Below, piece after piece: positions 49,614 to 60,127 of a stretch of DNA of 64,000 nt (within the stretch, counting starts at the first letter, position 1; each line of letters opens with the position of its first letter). The position numbers were made by a program, and so were the translations under genes. The DNA is taken from positions 423,238-487,237 of the forward strand of contig NZ_OZ221287.1 of assembly GCF_965118125.1 (NCBI RefSeq), written 5' to 3'. Source of the stretch: Pararobbsia alpina (GTDB lineage Bacteria > Pseudomonadota > Gammaproteobacteria > Burkholderiales > Burkholderiaceae). A model generated the notes under the pieces. That model was not told the origin of the DNA. It worked only from the letters and a program-made list of their open reading frames with translations, and ran no database searches.

Positions 49614-50081
49614 ATGACAAGAAGCACGACCCGAAGTGTCGGGCACGTCGCCGCACGTGCCATCGTCTCAGGCCTGATTGTCACATCGGGCTTTGCCAGT
49701 GCGGTCGCCGCGTATGCCGACGACACGCCGAGCCCGTGTGCGGCGCTCAAACGCATTGTCTCGGCGGCGCCGCAGGGATTTGAAACATTGGGACCCAACG
49801 ACGGAAGGGCCGTCGCTCAGCCCTATGGCAGCGACGCGTCGTGCACGGGTTCGCACGATACCTATGAGTGTCAGTGGTCACCGAACCCCGGCGCCGGATC
49901 GGTCGCCGATGCGCTGCAGGCTGTCGCGGCGGATATCGCGTCATGCCTGCCCGCTGCGACGCATGATCAGAACACGCCGGGGCTGCAGCACTTTTACATC
50001 GGACCGAAAGGCTCCCGGACGGAGATCTCTGCAACGACGGCCGGTGGCACGAAGCTCAAGATCATCGTGTCGGGCAAGTGA
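49614..50081 (+). CDS. Exported hypothetical protein
   Basis: Signal peptide MTRSTTRSVGHVAARAIVSGLIVTSGFASAVAAYA. Four Cys residues, no known domain. Confidence 0.35.
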   Translation: MTRSTTRSVGHVAARAIVSGLIVTSGFASAVAAYADDTPSPCAALKRIVSAAPQGFETLGPNDGRAVAQPYGSDASCTGSHDTYECQWSPNPGAGSVADALQAVAADIASCLPAATHDQNTPGLQHFYIGPKGSRTEISATTAGGTKLKIIVSGK

Positions 50082-50191
50082 GGCTCGGCCCCGCCGTGAC
50101 GCCGAAAGCGTTGTGACGTTAGCCTCGGTCGACGCGGGCCGGAAGCTCCGTCCCCGCCTCGACAGGCAATGCGTTCAAGCGAGACATCGTC

Positions 50192-50407
50192 CTACCGATG
50201 GTGCCAATGATCGCCGTAGTTCGAGATGCCGATGCCGACGCTGACCGATGGCTCAGGTGCGGGGTAGTAGGCCGGGGCGGGCTCATAGTAGCCGGGTCCC
50301 GGCCCGTAAGCGGGTCCATATGCGTATTGCGGCGGTCCTTCGGCGACACATCCTCCTAGCAGACCCACTACACTCGCTGCGGCTGAAATGACGAGGATCG
50401 TTTTCAT
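50192..50407 (-). CDS. Small Tyr/Pro/Gly-rich lipoprotein
   Basis: Strong RBS GGGAGAA, lipobox LLGGC. 71 aa with YYPAPEP repeats. Confidence 0.45.
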   Translation of the reverse strand: MKTILVISAAASVVGLLGGCVAEGPPQYAYGPAYGPGPGYYEPAPAYYPAPEPSVSVGIGISNYGDHWHHR

Positions 50408-50768
50408 GATCGTTCTCCCTTTCCATATCCTGTCAGGCAGCACGGGGGATGCCCGCGAAAGACGGTGATGGAACACAGGTGTAACGATGTGAAAGGTCAG
50501 ACGTAAGGTGTGCCGATGGGAGCGTGCCGGTACGCAGGCGTGCCGTGCATGGGGCGCTTCATCCTCAGCGTTGGGTGACGCGTTACGCATCCGGAGATTG
50601 CGACACCACCATAGGTTGGGCGATGGAGCTCGTGTGCGATGCGTGATTGATGCGCGCCGGCGTGAATAGATTGCTGCTGCAGCTCGTTTACCCGTCGCAG
50701 TCCTACGTTTTGATCAGGCGACGTCATGTGCGATGCCATCGCGTGGGACACACCGCGAGGGGCATGCC

Positions 50769-51599
50769 ATGCACAGCGCACCGGTCGAGCCGTTTCTCGA
50801 ATCCCTTGTCGAGCTGCCTACCTGGGCACATCAAGCCTCGGTTGCCGACACTGCCGTTGCTCGACAGCGGGCATCGCTGTGGATAGCGAGCGTATTGCTG
50901 CTCGCGTCGTGCGGAGGCGGAGGGAGTGGCGGAGGCACCGCAAGCAGCGGCACCTCGACGGCGCCCGTGACGATGTCAGGCACAGCGGCCACAGGAAAAG
51001 CCTTGGCCAATGCGTCGGTCAGCATGACCTGTGCACGAGGATCGGGGAGCACCACGAGCGATGCCAACGGCAATTACAGCGCGTCGTTCATGGCAGCACT
51101 GCCGTGTTTAATCACGGTCACATCCGGATCGACGGTACTGCATTCGGTGGCCTTCGCCGGTGGCACATTCAACACGACGCCGGAGACTGAGTTGTTGCTC
51201 GACTACCTGTCCGCGCAACTCGGCACCAATCTCACCGGCCTGTTCGCAGGCCTGACATCAAGCGTGACGATCGAGCAAGTGCTGGGCAATGCAGCGGACG
51301 TGACGAGCGCCGAAACGGCCGTCGTGCAGACACTCGATAAAAGCAATCAGGTCTCGCTAACGACCACCGCGTTTCTGACGCAATCGTTCTCTGCGACGCA
51401 GTCTGCTGAAGACACCGATCTCGAAATGCTCAACACCGCCGGCGCAGTCGACGTCAATGGCATGCCAGTAGCAGCAACGTCGAGCGCCGTGACCGCCGCA
51501 GGCGCCGCAAACCCGATCCCCAATTCAGGCACCACCAACACCGGCGGAGCGGGAGGACAAAGCGGCGGTATAGGCGGGATGGGCGGCGGGATGATGTGA
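50769..51599 (+). CDS. Lipoprotein of unknown function with Gly-rich termini
   Basis: Lipobox LLLASCGGGGS, a Ser/Thr-rich beta-domain and a C-terminal GGAGGQSGGIGGMGGGMM tail. The start is uncertain (50733 or 50769). Confidence 0.4.
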   Translation: MHSAPVEPFLESLVELPTWAHQASVADTAVARQRASLWIASVLLLASCGGGGSGGGTASSGTSTAPVTMSGTAATGKALANASVSMTCARGSGSTTSDANGNYSASFMAALPCLITVTSGSTVLHSVAFAGGTFNTTPETELLLDYLSAQLGTNLTGLFAGLTSSVTIEQVLGNAADVTSAETAVVQTLDKSNQVSLTTTAFLTQSFSATQSAEDTDLEMLNTAGAVDVNGMPVAATSSAVTAAGAANPIPNSGTTNTGGAGGQSGGIGGMGGGMM

Positions 51600-51668
51600 C
51601 GTCTGTCTCGGATAACGCATGCAGTGCCTTTGCAAGGGCCGGCGGCAGGTTGTTATCGACAAAGAAAT

Positions 51669-52352
51669 TCACGCGGTCAGGCTCTCTTCAAACGCCACGG
51701 CCGCCTCAACCGCTGTCGCAGGCACTTCATAAAGTTTGGCGACAAACTGCTTGTCGCCTTCTGCGACGACGGCGTCGTACAAAACCGACGTTCTGATAGA
51801 CCCGTGAGTCACGACGGGCTTGCCGAATGCGATCTTCGGATCGAGAACGATTGCTCGGGTTTTTGATGACGGATACCACCGCGCGGCAGTCGAGTTCGTA
51901 TCGAATTCGATGCCTCGATAGAGCGACGGTTCGATGATCTTCCGGAAAGCGTATTGTTGTTTGACCAGATCTAGCAGCTGCGTTTCGCCCGTTTCCTGAA
52001 GCGCCGAAGCAAAGATAGATCGGCCATCTGTACGGAACTGGCGCGAGGTAAAGGGGTAGTCGGTCTCGAACAGCTCACGCGCACGCTGGCTCGCTAGCCG
52101 AATGGTATGGAGACTGACGCCATGCTTGCGGAAAGCATGAACAAACCGAACCTCGAGAAGATCGTGAAAACTGATCGCGTCCAAACAATCGTCGGACAGT
52201 TCAGTTTCCCAAAGCGGCGCGTTGGCTTTCCGCGCACCGTGCTTGTCTCGAGAGGGATATCCATTCAGCCAGCGACGAAGATCACGAAGCGGAACCTTCG
52301 TCAGTTTGGCGGCTTCAGGGAAGGTGTACAGGCCTACGCCGGTCAACTGCAT
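51669..52352 (-). CDS. Hypothetical protein with a possible N-terminal HTH
   Basis: MQLTGVGLYTFPEAAKLTKVPLRDLRRWL is HTH-like. The rest has no recognisable domain. Confidence 0.3.
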   Translation of the reverse strand: MQLTGVGLYTFPEAAKLTKVPLRDLRRWLNGYPSRDKHGARKANAPLWETELSDDCLDAISFHDLLEVRFVHAFRKHGVSLHTIRLASQRARELFETDYPFTSRQFRTDGRSIFASALQETGETQLLDLVKQQYAFRKIIEPSLYRGIEFDTNSTAARWYPSSKTRAIVLDPKIAFGKPVVTHGSIRTSVLYDAVVAEGDKQFVAKLYEVPATAVEAAVAFEESLTA

Positions 52353-52525
52353 GTACGCCCCTCCCGTTTCGTTTGGTCGCCGATGGATTCGGCAGTGCAA
52401 GATGACGAATTCTACTGAATCCGAGCAGGCTCGGTCTGCGACGTGTGGTCGCACCGGTCGGAGCTTATCGTGCGAGTCGTTTCACCGCATTTAGATGTGA
52501 GCGCCCGGGTGTGCTGAGAGGTGCC

Positions 52526-53917
52526 CTACTTCCCAATACAAAACCGGCTAAAGATCACACCCAGCAAATCGTCCGAACTGAACTCGCCGGTGATCGAGTT
52601 GAGCTGGTCCTGAGCGAGACGTAACTCTTCCGCGAACAGATCGAGCGAGTCTGAACGTTGTTCGGCGTGGTCGTGCGCGATGGCCAGGTGCTCGGCAGCG
52701 GCGCGGAGTGCGGTCAGGTGACGTTCGCGCGCCAGAAACACGTCCTCGCCGCCGGGTTGCCATCCGGCGATCTTGAGCAACGCAGCCCGCAGCAGATCAA
52801 TGCCTTCGCCTTCGCGTGCAGACAGGCGCACCTCGACGGCATCGCCCTCATCATCGATCACGACTTGCGCGTGCTCACCGGCAAGGTCGATCTTGTTCAC
52901 GATCCGCAGGACGGGCACGCCCGCCGGAAATCGCGACGCGATGCCGATGTTGTCGACCGTCATGCCTTCGCGTGCATCAAGCAGATGCAGCACGACGTCG
53001 GCACGTTCGATCTCGTTCCACGACCGCTCGATGCCGATGCGTTCGACTTCGTCTTCCGTCGCACGCAAACCTGCCGTATCGATCACATGCAGCGGAATAC
53101 CTTCGATCTGGATGGTCTGCGCGACCTTGTCGCGCGTGGTGCCGGCGATCGGCGTCACGATGGCGAGCTCGGCGCCCGCGAGTGAGTTCAGCAGCGACGA
53201 TTTTCCGACGTTGGGCTCGCCCGCCAGCACGACCGACATGCCTTCGCGCAACAGCGCACCCTGACGTGCGTCCGCAAGCACGTGCGCCAGCGAGGCCCGG
53301 ATCGCCGCGAGCTTGCCGCGTGCATTGGCTGCTTCGAGAAAGTCGATTTCTTCTTCAGGGAAGTCGAGCGTCGCTTCGACGAGCATGCGCAGATTGATCA
53401 CGTCTTCGACGAGCGCGTGAACGAGTTTCGAGAACGCGCCATCGAGTGAGCGTCCGGCCGATCGGGCGGCGGCTTCAGTGCTTGCCTCGATCAGATCGGC
53501 GACGGCCTCGGCCTGTGCGAGATCGAGCTTGTCATTCAGAAACGCGCGACGCGTGAATTCGCCCGGCTCCGCGAGCCGCACACCCATCGCGCGCCCGACC
53601 TCGATGCAACGCTGCAACAGCAGCTGCATGATCACGGGACCGCCGTGCGCCTGGAGTTCCAGCACGGCTTCACCGGTGTAGGAATTCGGCCCGGTGAAGT
53701 ACAGCGCAATCCCACGGTCGAGGATCTCGCCGCGGCCATCGTGAAATCCGCAGTAGTGCGCGTGGCGCGGGGTCAGCGCCTGACCGCAGAGTGCCTCGAT
53801 GGCCGACTCGACCACTTCCCCACGGTGTTTGCCGAACGAGACGCGCACGACGCCGATCCCCCCGCGCCCCGCGGCAGTCGCTATGGCGGCAATCGGATCC
53901 TGATCGGTAGCAAGCAT
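52526..53917 (-). CDS. mnmE: tRNA modification GTPase MnmE (TrmE)
   Basis: Start trimmed to [28 protein letters not shown]-domain GxxNVGKSS and DTAG motifs, and the invariant C-terminal CIGK. Confidence 0.85.
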   Translation of the reverse strand: MLATDQDPIAAIATAAGRGGIGVVRVSFGKHRGEVVESAIEALCGQALTPRHAHYCGFHDGRGEILDRGIALYFTGPNSYTGEAVLELQAHGGPVIMQLLLQRCIEVGRAMGVRLAEPGEFTRRAFLNDKLDLAQAEAVADLIEASTEAAARSAGRSLDGAFSKLVHALVEDVINLRMLVEATLDFPEEEIDFLEAANARGKLAAIRASLAHVLADARQGALLREGMSVVLAGEPNVGKSSLLNSLAGAELAIVTPIAGTTRDKVAQTIQIEGIPLHVIDTAGLRATEDEVERIGIERSWNEIERADVVLHLLDAREGMTVDNIGIASRFPAGVPVLRIVNKIDLAGEHAQVVIDDEGDAVEVRLSAREGEGIDLLRAALLKIAGWQPGGEDVFLARERHLTALRAAAEHLAIAHDHAEQRSDSLDLFAEELRLAQDQLNSITGEFSSDDLLGVIFSRFCIGK

Positions 53918-54353
53918 GGTGAAGTCTCGGTAGCACGGGCGCGTCGTTGGCCGCGAATTGTAGCGTGATGCCTGCGAGCACGAAGTCGTGTCCATCCAAT
54001 GACTGCCGCTGTAAGACGAATTCGTCAAGACGCCGTCGCTCAATGGACGCCGGAAGAGGAAATGCCTGATTTCGCGATAGGCCATCATCCCGAATGGAGC
54101 GGGATGGAAGCTGATTTAAACCGAGTGGGATATCCGCGACAACATGTCGCATATTGTTTGTTCTGACTGCATGGCTTCGAACGGTCGTGCTGCGCGCGCA
54201 AAAGGCAAGTCTCGCGTTTCGGGCCGTGTCATTGAATGGGATTGCACGGCGCGAGCGCCCGTGCGAAGGGTTGCCGGAGCGCCGATTGGGGATCCGTACC
54301 CAATTGCTCGGGCGGTTGAGCATCCACGACGTCCTCAATGCAGAATTTGCCCC

Positions 54354-54773
54354 ATGCCCTCAGACATCGAAAAACAGTCCTTCTCGCGTCGCCTGCGAGC
54401 CGCGCTCGACCAAGCCACCAAGGGCAGAGGCGCAACGGACCTTGCGCGCGAGTTCAACCTTCAGCATCGAGAAGGTGAAGGTGTGAGCGTTCAGAGTGCC
54501 CACAAGTGGCTCAGCGGCAAGGCGATCCCCACATCCGACAAGCTGGGTACGCTTGCGCGCTGGCTCAATGTGTCCGAGCACTGGCTTCACTACGGACCAC
54601 CGCCCGATTCCGATGCGACGTCCAGCACGCCGTCGAACCGGTTGGGCATGGACGTCCATCCGCGTTTTGGCGAGTGTGCGTCGCTCGTGCGCAAGATCGA
54701 GGCGCTGTCGCCGCGTCATCGCCTGCTCGTCGAGGAAATCGTGACGCAGTTCTATGTGGGGTCGACCGATTGA
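54354..54773 (+). CDS. XRE-family HTH transcriptional regulator
   Basis: FSRRLRAALDQATKGRGATDLAREFNLQHREGEGVSVQSAHKWLSGKAIPTSDKLGTLARWLNVSEHWL is a classic XRE/Cro-like HTH. Confidence 0.5.
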   Translation: MPSDIEKQSFSRRLRAALDQATKGRGATDLAREFNLQHREGEGVSVQSAHKWLSGKAIPTSDKLGTLARWLNVSEHWLHYGPPPDSDATSSTPSNRLGMDVHPRFGECASLVRKIEALSPRHRLLVEEIVTQFYVGSTD

Positions 54774-55194
54774 GCCGGAGTGCCGGAAAGCGACGCAACA
54801 TCGTCCCGACACCGTCTCGCTTGCGCTCACTGCCAGGTCGTCATTGAGCGCAGGCAAAAAAATAGCCCGCGTAGTCAAGCTACGGCGGGCTAAATCCATA
54901 TCGGAGGACATGGAGGAGACGGGTTCAATGTACCGGGTCTGATTTTGCGCCGCAACAAGAAAAAATTAAGCGCTTGACCCCTTGTACGGGTAAACGTGGG
55001 CCTGGCACGCTCGATGCCCTGTCTGGCATGGCTCTGCAAGCCTTACGTGACAAGGCTCTGCCGTAAGCTGACAGAGCGTAATCGTTTGCGCAAACCCCTA
55101 TTTTGCCCAATCCGAGAGACTCCTCTAGCCTCTGATCGGAAAAAATGGTGTGGTGCACATACGACTCATCTGTCGCGCGCGTAACCGGCTCGCG

Positions 55195-55974
55195 CTACTT
55201 TTTTCCGCCGGTCGCCAGCCCCTTTTGATCGAGTTCCGGGTAGTGGCGGAAGATGCACGACTCGTTGAAGGGAATCCGGCGGTCCGACTCGAGGTACGCC
55301 GCGATGCGCGGCAGTTCACGTACGCGGTCGCGTAGCGCGGCGAGCCGGGGCCACACATCGTCGAACGACTCGACGCCGAGCGGGAACGCGTACTGAGTGC
55401 CCTCGACGATCTGAAAAATCGACAGATCGACGTAGCTCCGGCTGTCGCCCACCATCCATGTGTCCCCCGCCGGATTCTGGGCGAGCACGCGCTCGAAATA
55501 CCCCATGAACTTCGGCACCCGATGTTCGAGAAAGGCGGCGGAACGTTGCTTGGCCGCCGGCTTCTGGTCCTCGAAGTAAAGATTCGTCGACAACGGATGG
55601 TGCGTGTCGTGAGCTTCCGTCACGTAGTCCGCGATCGTGAGCTGGAGCGAATGCGCCCAGTATTTGCCTTGTTCGTCGGATGGCGCGAGCCCGTGCTTGT
55701 CCCCAAGGTAGAGCAGCGCGTTCGCGGTCTGGCACAGCAAAAGATCGCCTGCTTTGAGGAACGGCGGCGCGAAAGGGATATAGGCCGTGTGCCTGTCTTT
55801 CATCGGGGCCATCATCGCCTTCGTGCCACCGTGTTGCTCGGCCGGTTCGCGTGCGACATCCACGTAGGTCAGGCCGGCCTCTTCGAGCGCGAGGCGGATG
55901 AATTCGCCGCGGCCGGGCAGCCCGTCCCAGTAGTGAAGTTCGTAGCGCAGTTGACCGCTTTTGTTGTCAGTCAT
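55195..55974 (-). CDS. Glutathione S-transferase family protein
   Basis: N-terminal thioredoxin-like GST domain (LRYELHYWDGLPGRGEFIRLALEEAG) and a C-terminal alpha-helical domain. Confidence 0.55.
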   Translation of the reverse strand: MTDNKSGQLRYELHYWDGLPGRGEFIRLALEEAGLTYVDVAREPAEQHGGTKAMMAPMKDRHTAYIPFAPPFLKAGDLLLCQTANALLYLGDKHGLAPSDEQGKYWAHSLQLTIADYVTEAHDTHHPLSTNLYFEDQKPAAKQRSAAFLEHRVPKFMGYFERVLAQNPAGDTWMVGDSRSYVDLSIFQIVEGTQYAFPLGVESFDDVWPRLAALRDRVRELPRIAAYLESDRRIPFNESCIFRHYPELDQKGLATGGKK

Positions 55975-56186
55975 AGGTGCTCCGTCGTTAGGGGAATTCT
56001 GCAAGCGCAGCGATGAGTCGATGCGCGGAGGTCGATGCGTGCGTGCTCAACATAGCACCGTCACGATGCCGCGCGTCGGGAATGCACCTGGGTCGCCGGC
56101 GCACGGGATGTGCCTGCCGGGACGCTTTTCTGCGAATCGCCGGCACTCGCCAAGGTAGAATCGGCCGTTTCCCCGGCGGCAAGGTC

Positions 56187-57341
56187 ATGAGCGCAAATCC
56201 GACAATCGAATGGACAGAGGATGATGGTGAGGCGCGCTCGGCGCATTGGCGGTCCGAGACCGGAACGCCCGCACCGCGACGCGTCGTGATTGCCGACGAC
56301 ACCACGACGGCCGACACGGCGTTCCGCCTTGCGTCCGAGGGAACGGGACTTCTGTGGCGCGGCGATTTCCAGAATGCGCGCCAATTGCTGCAGGCGATGG
56401 CCCGTCGCGTCGACCGCCCGCCGAAGAAAAAGAAGGCGCCGCCCGCCACGCTCATCGATGCGTTCAACCAGCATCGCCAGGCCCAATCGCAACGGGCACG
56501 CACGCTTAACGCGGTGCTGATTCCGGTCGAGGCCGATTACGGCATCGCGTTGCGTCGCGCACCCGACGTGCGCGCAGCCTGCGAACAGGCCTACGGCCCC
56601 GCCGACGGCGAACCGTCCGTCGCTTCGCTGAGAGAATTGCAAGGCCTGGTTGGCGCGTACGAATGGCGCAAACGCGGGGTCGAGATTCCCGCGCTCGGCG
56701 ATCGCATTCATCCGCACTATGGTGTGTTCTCGCCCGTGCGCGGCGAATATCTTGACCTTGTGGAGCAGGCTCCGTTGCCTTCCACGTCGCTGGCTTTCGA
56801 TATCGGCACAGGGACGGGCGTGCTTGCCGCGCTGCTCGCAAAACGCGGTGTCGAGCGCGTGGTGGCTACCGATCAGGATGCGCGCGCCCTCGCGTGCGCG
56901 CGCGAGAACATCGAGCGTCTCGGCTATGCGAAGCGCGTCAAAGTCGTCGAGGCCAATTTGTTTCCCGAGGGCCGGGCACCGCTTATTGTCTGCAATCCGC
57001 CCTGGCTGCCCGCTCGCCCCAGCTCCGCTCTTGAGTACGCGATCTACGATCCCGAGAGCCAGATGCTCAAGGGCTTTCTGAACGGTCTGGCTGCGCATCT
57101 CGAGCCCGGTGGAGAAGGCTGGCTGATTCTGTCAGACCTCGCCGAGCATATCGGGCTGCGCACGCGCGACGAACTCCTCGCGCTGTTCGAGCAGGCCGGG
57201 CTCACCGTGCTCGACAAACTCAGCGTGCGGCCACGGCACCCGAAGGCGAGCGACACGGAAGACCCGTTGCACGCCGCGCGCACGCGGGAGATGACCTCGT
57301 TGTGGCGCCTCGCGGCGCGGAACAATCAGGCCGCCAGATAG
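56187..57341 (+). CDS. Class I SAM-dependent methyltransferase with an NPPW motif (RsmC/HemK-like N-MTase family)
   Basis: Motif I DIGTGTGVLA, motif IV VCNPPWLP, and a roughly 170-aa N-terminal domain with a Lys-rich patch (PPKKKKAPP). Confidence 0.6.
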   Translation: MSANPTIEWTEDDGEARSAHWRSETGTPAPRRVVIADDTTTADTAFRLASEGTGLLWRGDFQNARQLLQAMARRVDRPPKKKKAPPATLIDAFNQHRQAQSQRARTLNAVLIPVEADYGIALRRAPDVRAACEQAYGPADGEPSVASLRELQGLVGAYEWRKRGVEIPALGDRIHPHYGVFSPVRGEYLDLVEQAPLPSTSLAFDIGTGTGVLAALLAKRGVERVVATDQDARALACARENIERLGYAKRVKVVEANLFPEGRAPLIVCNPPWLPARPSSALEYAIYDPESQMLKGFLNGLAAHLEPGGEGWLILSDLAEHIGLRTRDELLALFEQAGLTVLDKLSVRPRHPKASDTEDPLHAARTREMTSLWRLAARNNQAAR

Positions 57342-58810
57342 CTGACGACACCGCGGCCGGCAGCGACGCCGGTCGCGAAGCATGCCGTGAGTAAATACCC
57401 GCCGGTCGGCGCTTCCCAGTCGAGCATCTCGCCCGCGCAGAAGACGCCGGGCAGTGCACGCAGCATCAGGTTGGCATCGAGCGATTCGAACCTCACGCCC
57501 CCCGCGCTGCTGATCACCTCGTCGATTGGCCGGGCTCGGTCCAGACGGATCGGCAATGCTTTGATCGCCGATGCAAGGCGCGCCGGATCGGCGAAATCCT
57601 CCCTGGACACGCATTCATGCAGCAACCCTGCCTTGACGCCTGAGAGTCCAAGCCGGCTGCGCAGATGGCTCGACATCGAACGCGATCCACGCGGATGTGC
57701 AACTTCGTCGAATACACGCTCGTCGCTGAGCCCCGGCACCAGGTCGAGCAACACGGTCGCCTGATCGGCACGTGTGATTTCGTCGCGAATCACCGATGAC
57801 AACGCGTAGACCAGACTGCCCTCGATGCCCGATTCCGTGACGACGCATTCGCCCTGGCGAAATGCAGTGGTACCGGCGCCGGTCACCACCGCCAGCGAGA
57901 CGGACTTGAGAAAGTCCCCCGCATGCCGCGAGCGGAAGTGCTCTGTCCATGTCGTATCGAAGCCGCAATTGGCCGGCACCAGCGGGGCGATATCGACGCT
58001 GGCGGCCTGAAGCCACGGAGCCCATGCCCCGTCCGAGCCGAGCCGGGGCCAACTGGCGCCACCCAGCCCCAGCACGACGGCGTCGGCCAGAAACGAGCGT
58101 TCGCCGTCGGGGGTGACGAACGTCAGCCGATGGCCGTTGCGGTGATCCGGTCCTGAGCCTTCGATACGGTGCAGCGACGACCCTGTCCATCGGTGTCGCA
58201 TATGAAATTGCACGCCGTGCTGCTTGAGCCGATGGAGCCACGCACGCAACATGGGGGCGGCTTTCATGTCGGTCGGAAAAACCCGTCCGGAGCTGCCGAT
58301 AAACGTCTCGAAGCCGAGCGAGCGGGTCCACGCGCGCAGCGCCTCGGGCCGCATCAGGTCGATCAACGGGGCAAGCTGCGCACGTCGATCGCCATACCGC
58401 CCGAGGAACGCGTCGAGAGGCTCGGAGTGGGTGAGGTTCATGCCGCCCTTGCCGGCCATCAGGAACTTGCGTCCGACCGACGGCATGGCGTCGAACACGG
58501 CGACGGCAAAGCCTGCGGCAGCCATCGTTTCGGCGGCCATCAGCCCGGCAGGACCGCCACCGATCACAGCCACCGTGCGTTGGCGATGGCCCGTCGACAG
58601 CGCGTCGGACGCGTTGTCGAGGGGCGCGAGCGACATCCCCCCAGGCAACGCGCGCGCAGCGGAGGCGACATGAACGGGATCCGAATCGGGCCCGGAAGCG
58701 GGACCAGAAGCAGGATCGGAAGCGGGTCCAGAAGCAGGACCAGTCGGAAACATGTTCTGCATGAATGCGGCAAAAATTGGGCGTCGATGGCGGCGCGCGG
58801 ACGTGACCAT
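57326..58810 (-). CDS. NAD(P)/FAD-dependent oxidoreductase, HI0933/BaiN-like flavoprotein
   Basis: GGGPAGLMAA dinucleotide-binding motif and HI0933-family blocks. The start is uncertain (58810, 58762 or 58636). The N-terminal extension contains a PASGPASDPASGPASGP repeat. Confidence 0.7.
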   Translation of the reverse strand: MVTSARRHRRPIFAAFMQNMFPTGPASGPASDPASGPASGPDSDPVHVASAARALPGGMSLAPLDNASDALSTGHRQRTVAVIGGGPAGLMAAETMAAAGFAVAVFDAMPSVGRKFLMAGKGGMNLTHSEPLDAFLGRYGDRRAQLAPLIDLMRPEALRAWTRSLGFETFIGSSGRVFPTDMKAAPMLRAWLHRLKQHGVQFHMRHRWTGSSLHRIEGSGPDHRNGHRLTFVTPDGERSFLADAVVLGLGGASWPRLGSDGAWAPWLQAASVDIAPLVPANCGFDTTWTEHFRSRHAGDFLKSVSLAVVTGAGTTAFRQGECVVTESGIEGSLVYALSSVIRDEITRADQATVLLDLVPGLSDERVFDEVAHPRGSRSMSSHLRSRLGLSGVKAGLLHECVSREDFADPARLASAIKALPIRLDRARPIDEVISSAGGVRFESLDANLMLRALPGVFCAGEMLDWEAPTGGYLLTACFATGVAAGRGVVSYLAA

Positions 58811-59004
58811 ACCTCAAAACCATCGCTTATCGCGTGAATGTTCGCTCGGGCACGGACTGCCGGGCGCGCACCTGAGAGACTGGCGGCGATCGGGCAGAGG
58901 CTGAGCGGCGCACATCGAGTCACTTCGCGGCACCTGTCCGGGCATCCCGGATGCCGGCGATCGGTGGCCGGCTCGGCGTGGCCTGACATTGTGGGGATTT
59001 TGAC

Positions 59005-59970
59005 GTGATCGACAGCGACGTGCTTGTTTCCATTTGCATCCCGACCTGTGACCGGCCGGAGTTGCTCGAGCTCGCGCTCGCGTCGTGTCTCGCGCAGACC
59101 TATCCGCACATTCAGATCGTGATCGGCGACGACTCGCGCGGCGATGCGACGCACGCGATGATGCACACGCGCTACGCGCAAGACGGTCGCATCCACTACG
59201 TTCGCAACACCCCCTCGCTCGGCCAGGGGCAAAACGTCGCAAGCCTGTTTTCGCGTGCCGAAGGCGACAAGATCCTGCTGCTGCACGACGACGACCTGCT
59301 CGAGCACGACGCGCTCGAATCGATGCTCGGCCTCTGGCGACGTCATCCCGACCTTGAAATCGCATTCGGTGATCAATATGTGATCGATATCGAGGGCAAG
59401 GTCGATCTCGAACAAAGCCGGGCCGGCAATATCGCGTTTTATCGGACCCAGCGCGCCGAAGGGCTTCAAAAGGAGCCGGGACGCACGGGCCTGGTGTCGA
59501 TGTTCCCGAACAACGGATGGCTCGCGAACGCTGACCTCGTCAAGCGCGTGAACTACAAGGCGAAATTCGGCTCGGGCTGCGACTACGCGTTCGGCGTCGA
59601 AATTTGTCTCGCGGCGTCGAAGATCTACTACCTGAAGAAATACGTGTCGTCATATCGCGTGACGCCGGGTGCGATTTCGCAGACGACCGCCGTGTCGCTG
59701 AACTCGGCGGCGGTCGAGGCCTATCGCGTCGTGCACGCGCTCAAGTTGTCGCGCAATCTGGAGTCGGCTCGCCGGGTCGCCTACAAGCGCATGGTGCCGA
59801 TCGTCGTCTCGACGCTGTCGAGGCACAACCAGCCGATCAACAGCCTCAAGCTCGCGCTCACGCATCTTCACGCGTACAACTACGGGCTCAGCCCGCGCTT
59901 TTACTACCACATGCTCCTGATCGGCAAATCGATGCTTCAGCGCACGCGCGGCAAACGGGCGGTGGCGTAG
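59005..59970 (+). CDS. Family 2 glycosyltransferase
   Basis: GTG start. VSICIPTCDRPELL...GDDS...LHDDDLL covers the GT-A DxD region. Confidence 0.7.
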   Translation: MIDSDVLVSICIPTCDRPELLELALASCLAQTYPHIQIVIGDDSRGDATHAMMHTRYAQDGRIHYVRNTPSLGQGQNVASLFSRAEGDKILLLHDDDLLEHDALESMLGLWRRHPDLEIAFGDQYVIDIEGKVDLEQSRAGNIAFYRTQRAEGLQKEPGRTGLVSMFPNNGWLANADLVKRVNYKAKFGSGCDYAFGVEICLAASKIYYLKKYVSSYRVTPGAISQTTAVSLNSAAVEAYRVVHALKLSRNLESARRVAYKRMVPIVVSTLSRHNQPINSLKLALTHLHAYNYGLSPRFYYHMLLIGKSMLQRTRGKRAVA

Positions 59971-60068
59971 CGATCGGGGCACATCGGTCGCGCCGTGCGT
60001 GGATTGAAGCTCAAGCACCCGATAAGGTGGGGGCGCGGTCTAAGGCGGGCGAAGCACGCGACAGACAT

Positions 60069-60098
60069 AAAAAAACCACCCCGAAGGGTGGTTTTTTA
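60069..60098. terminator. Bidirectional intrinsic terminator between the convergent GT2 and KfrA-like genes
   Basis: AAAAAACCACCC-cgaa-GGGTGGTTTTTT. Confidence 0.6.
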
Positions 60099-60127
60099 TT
60101 GCGCCCTGCCATCAGGCTTGCCGGTCA

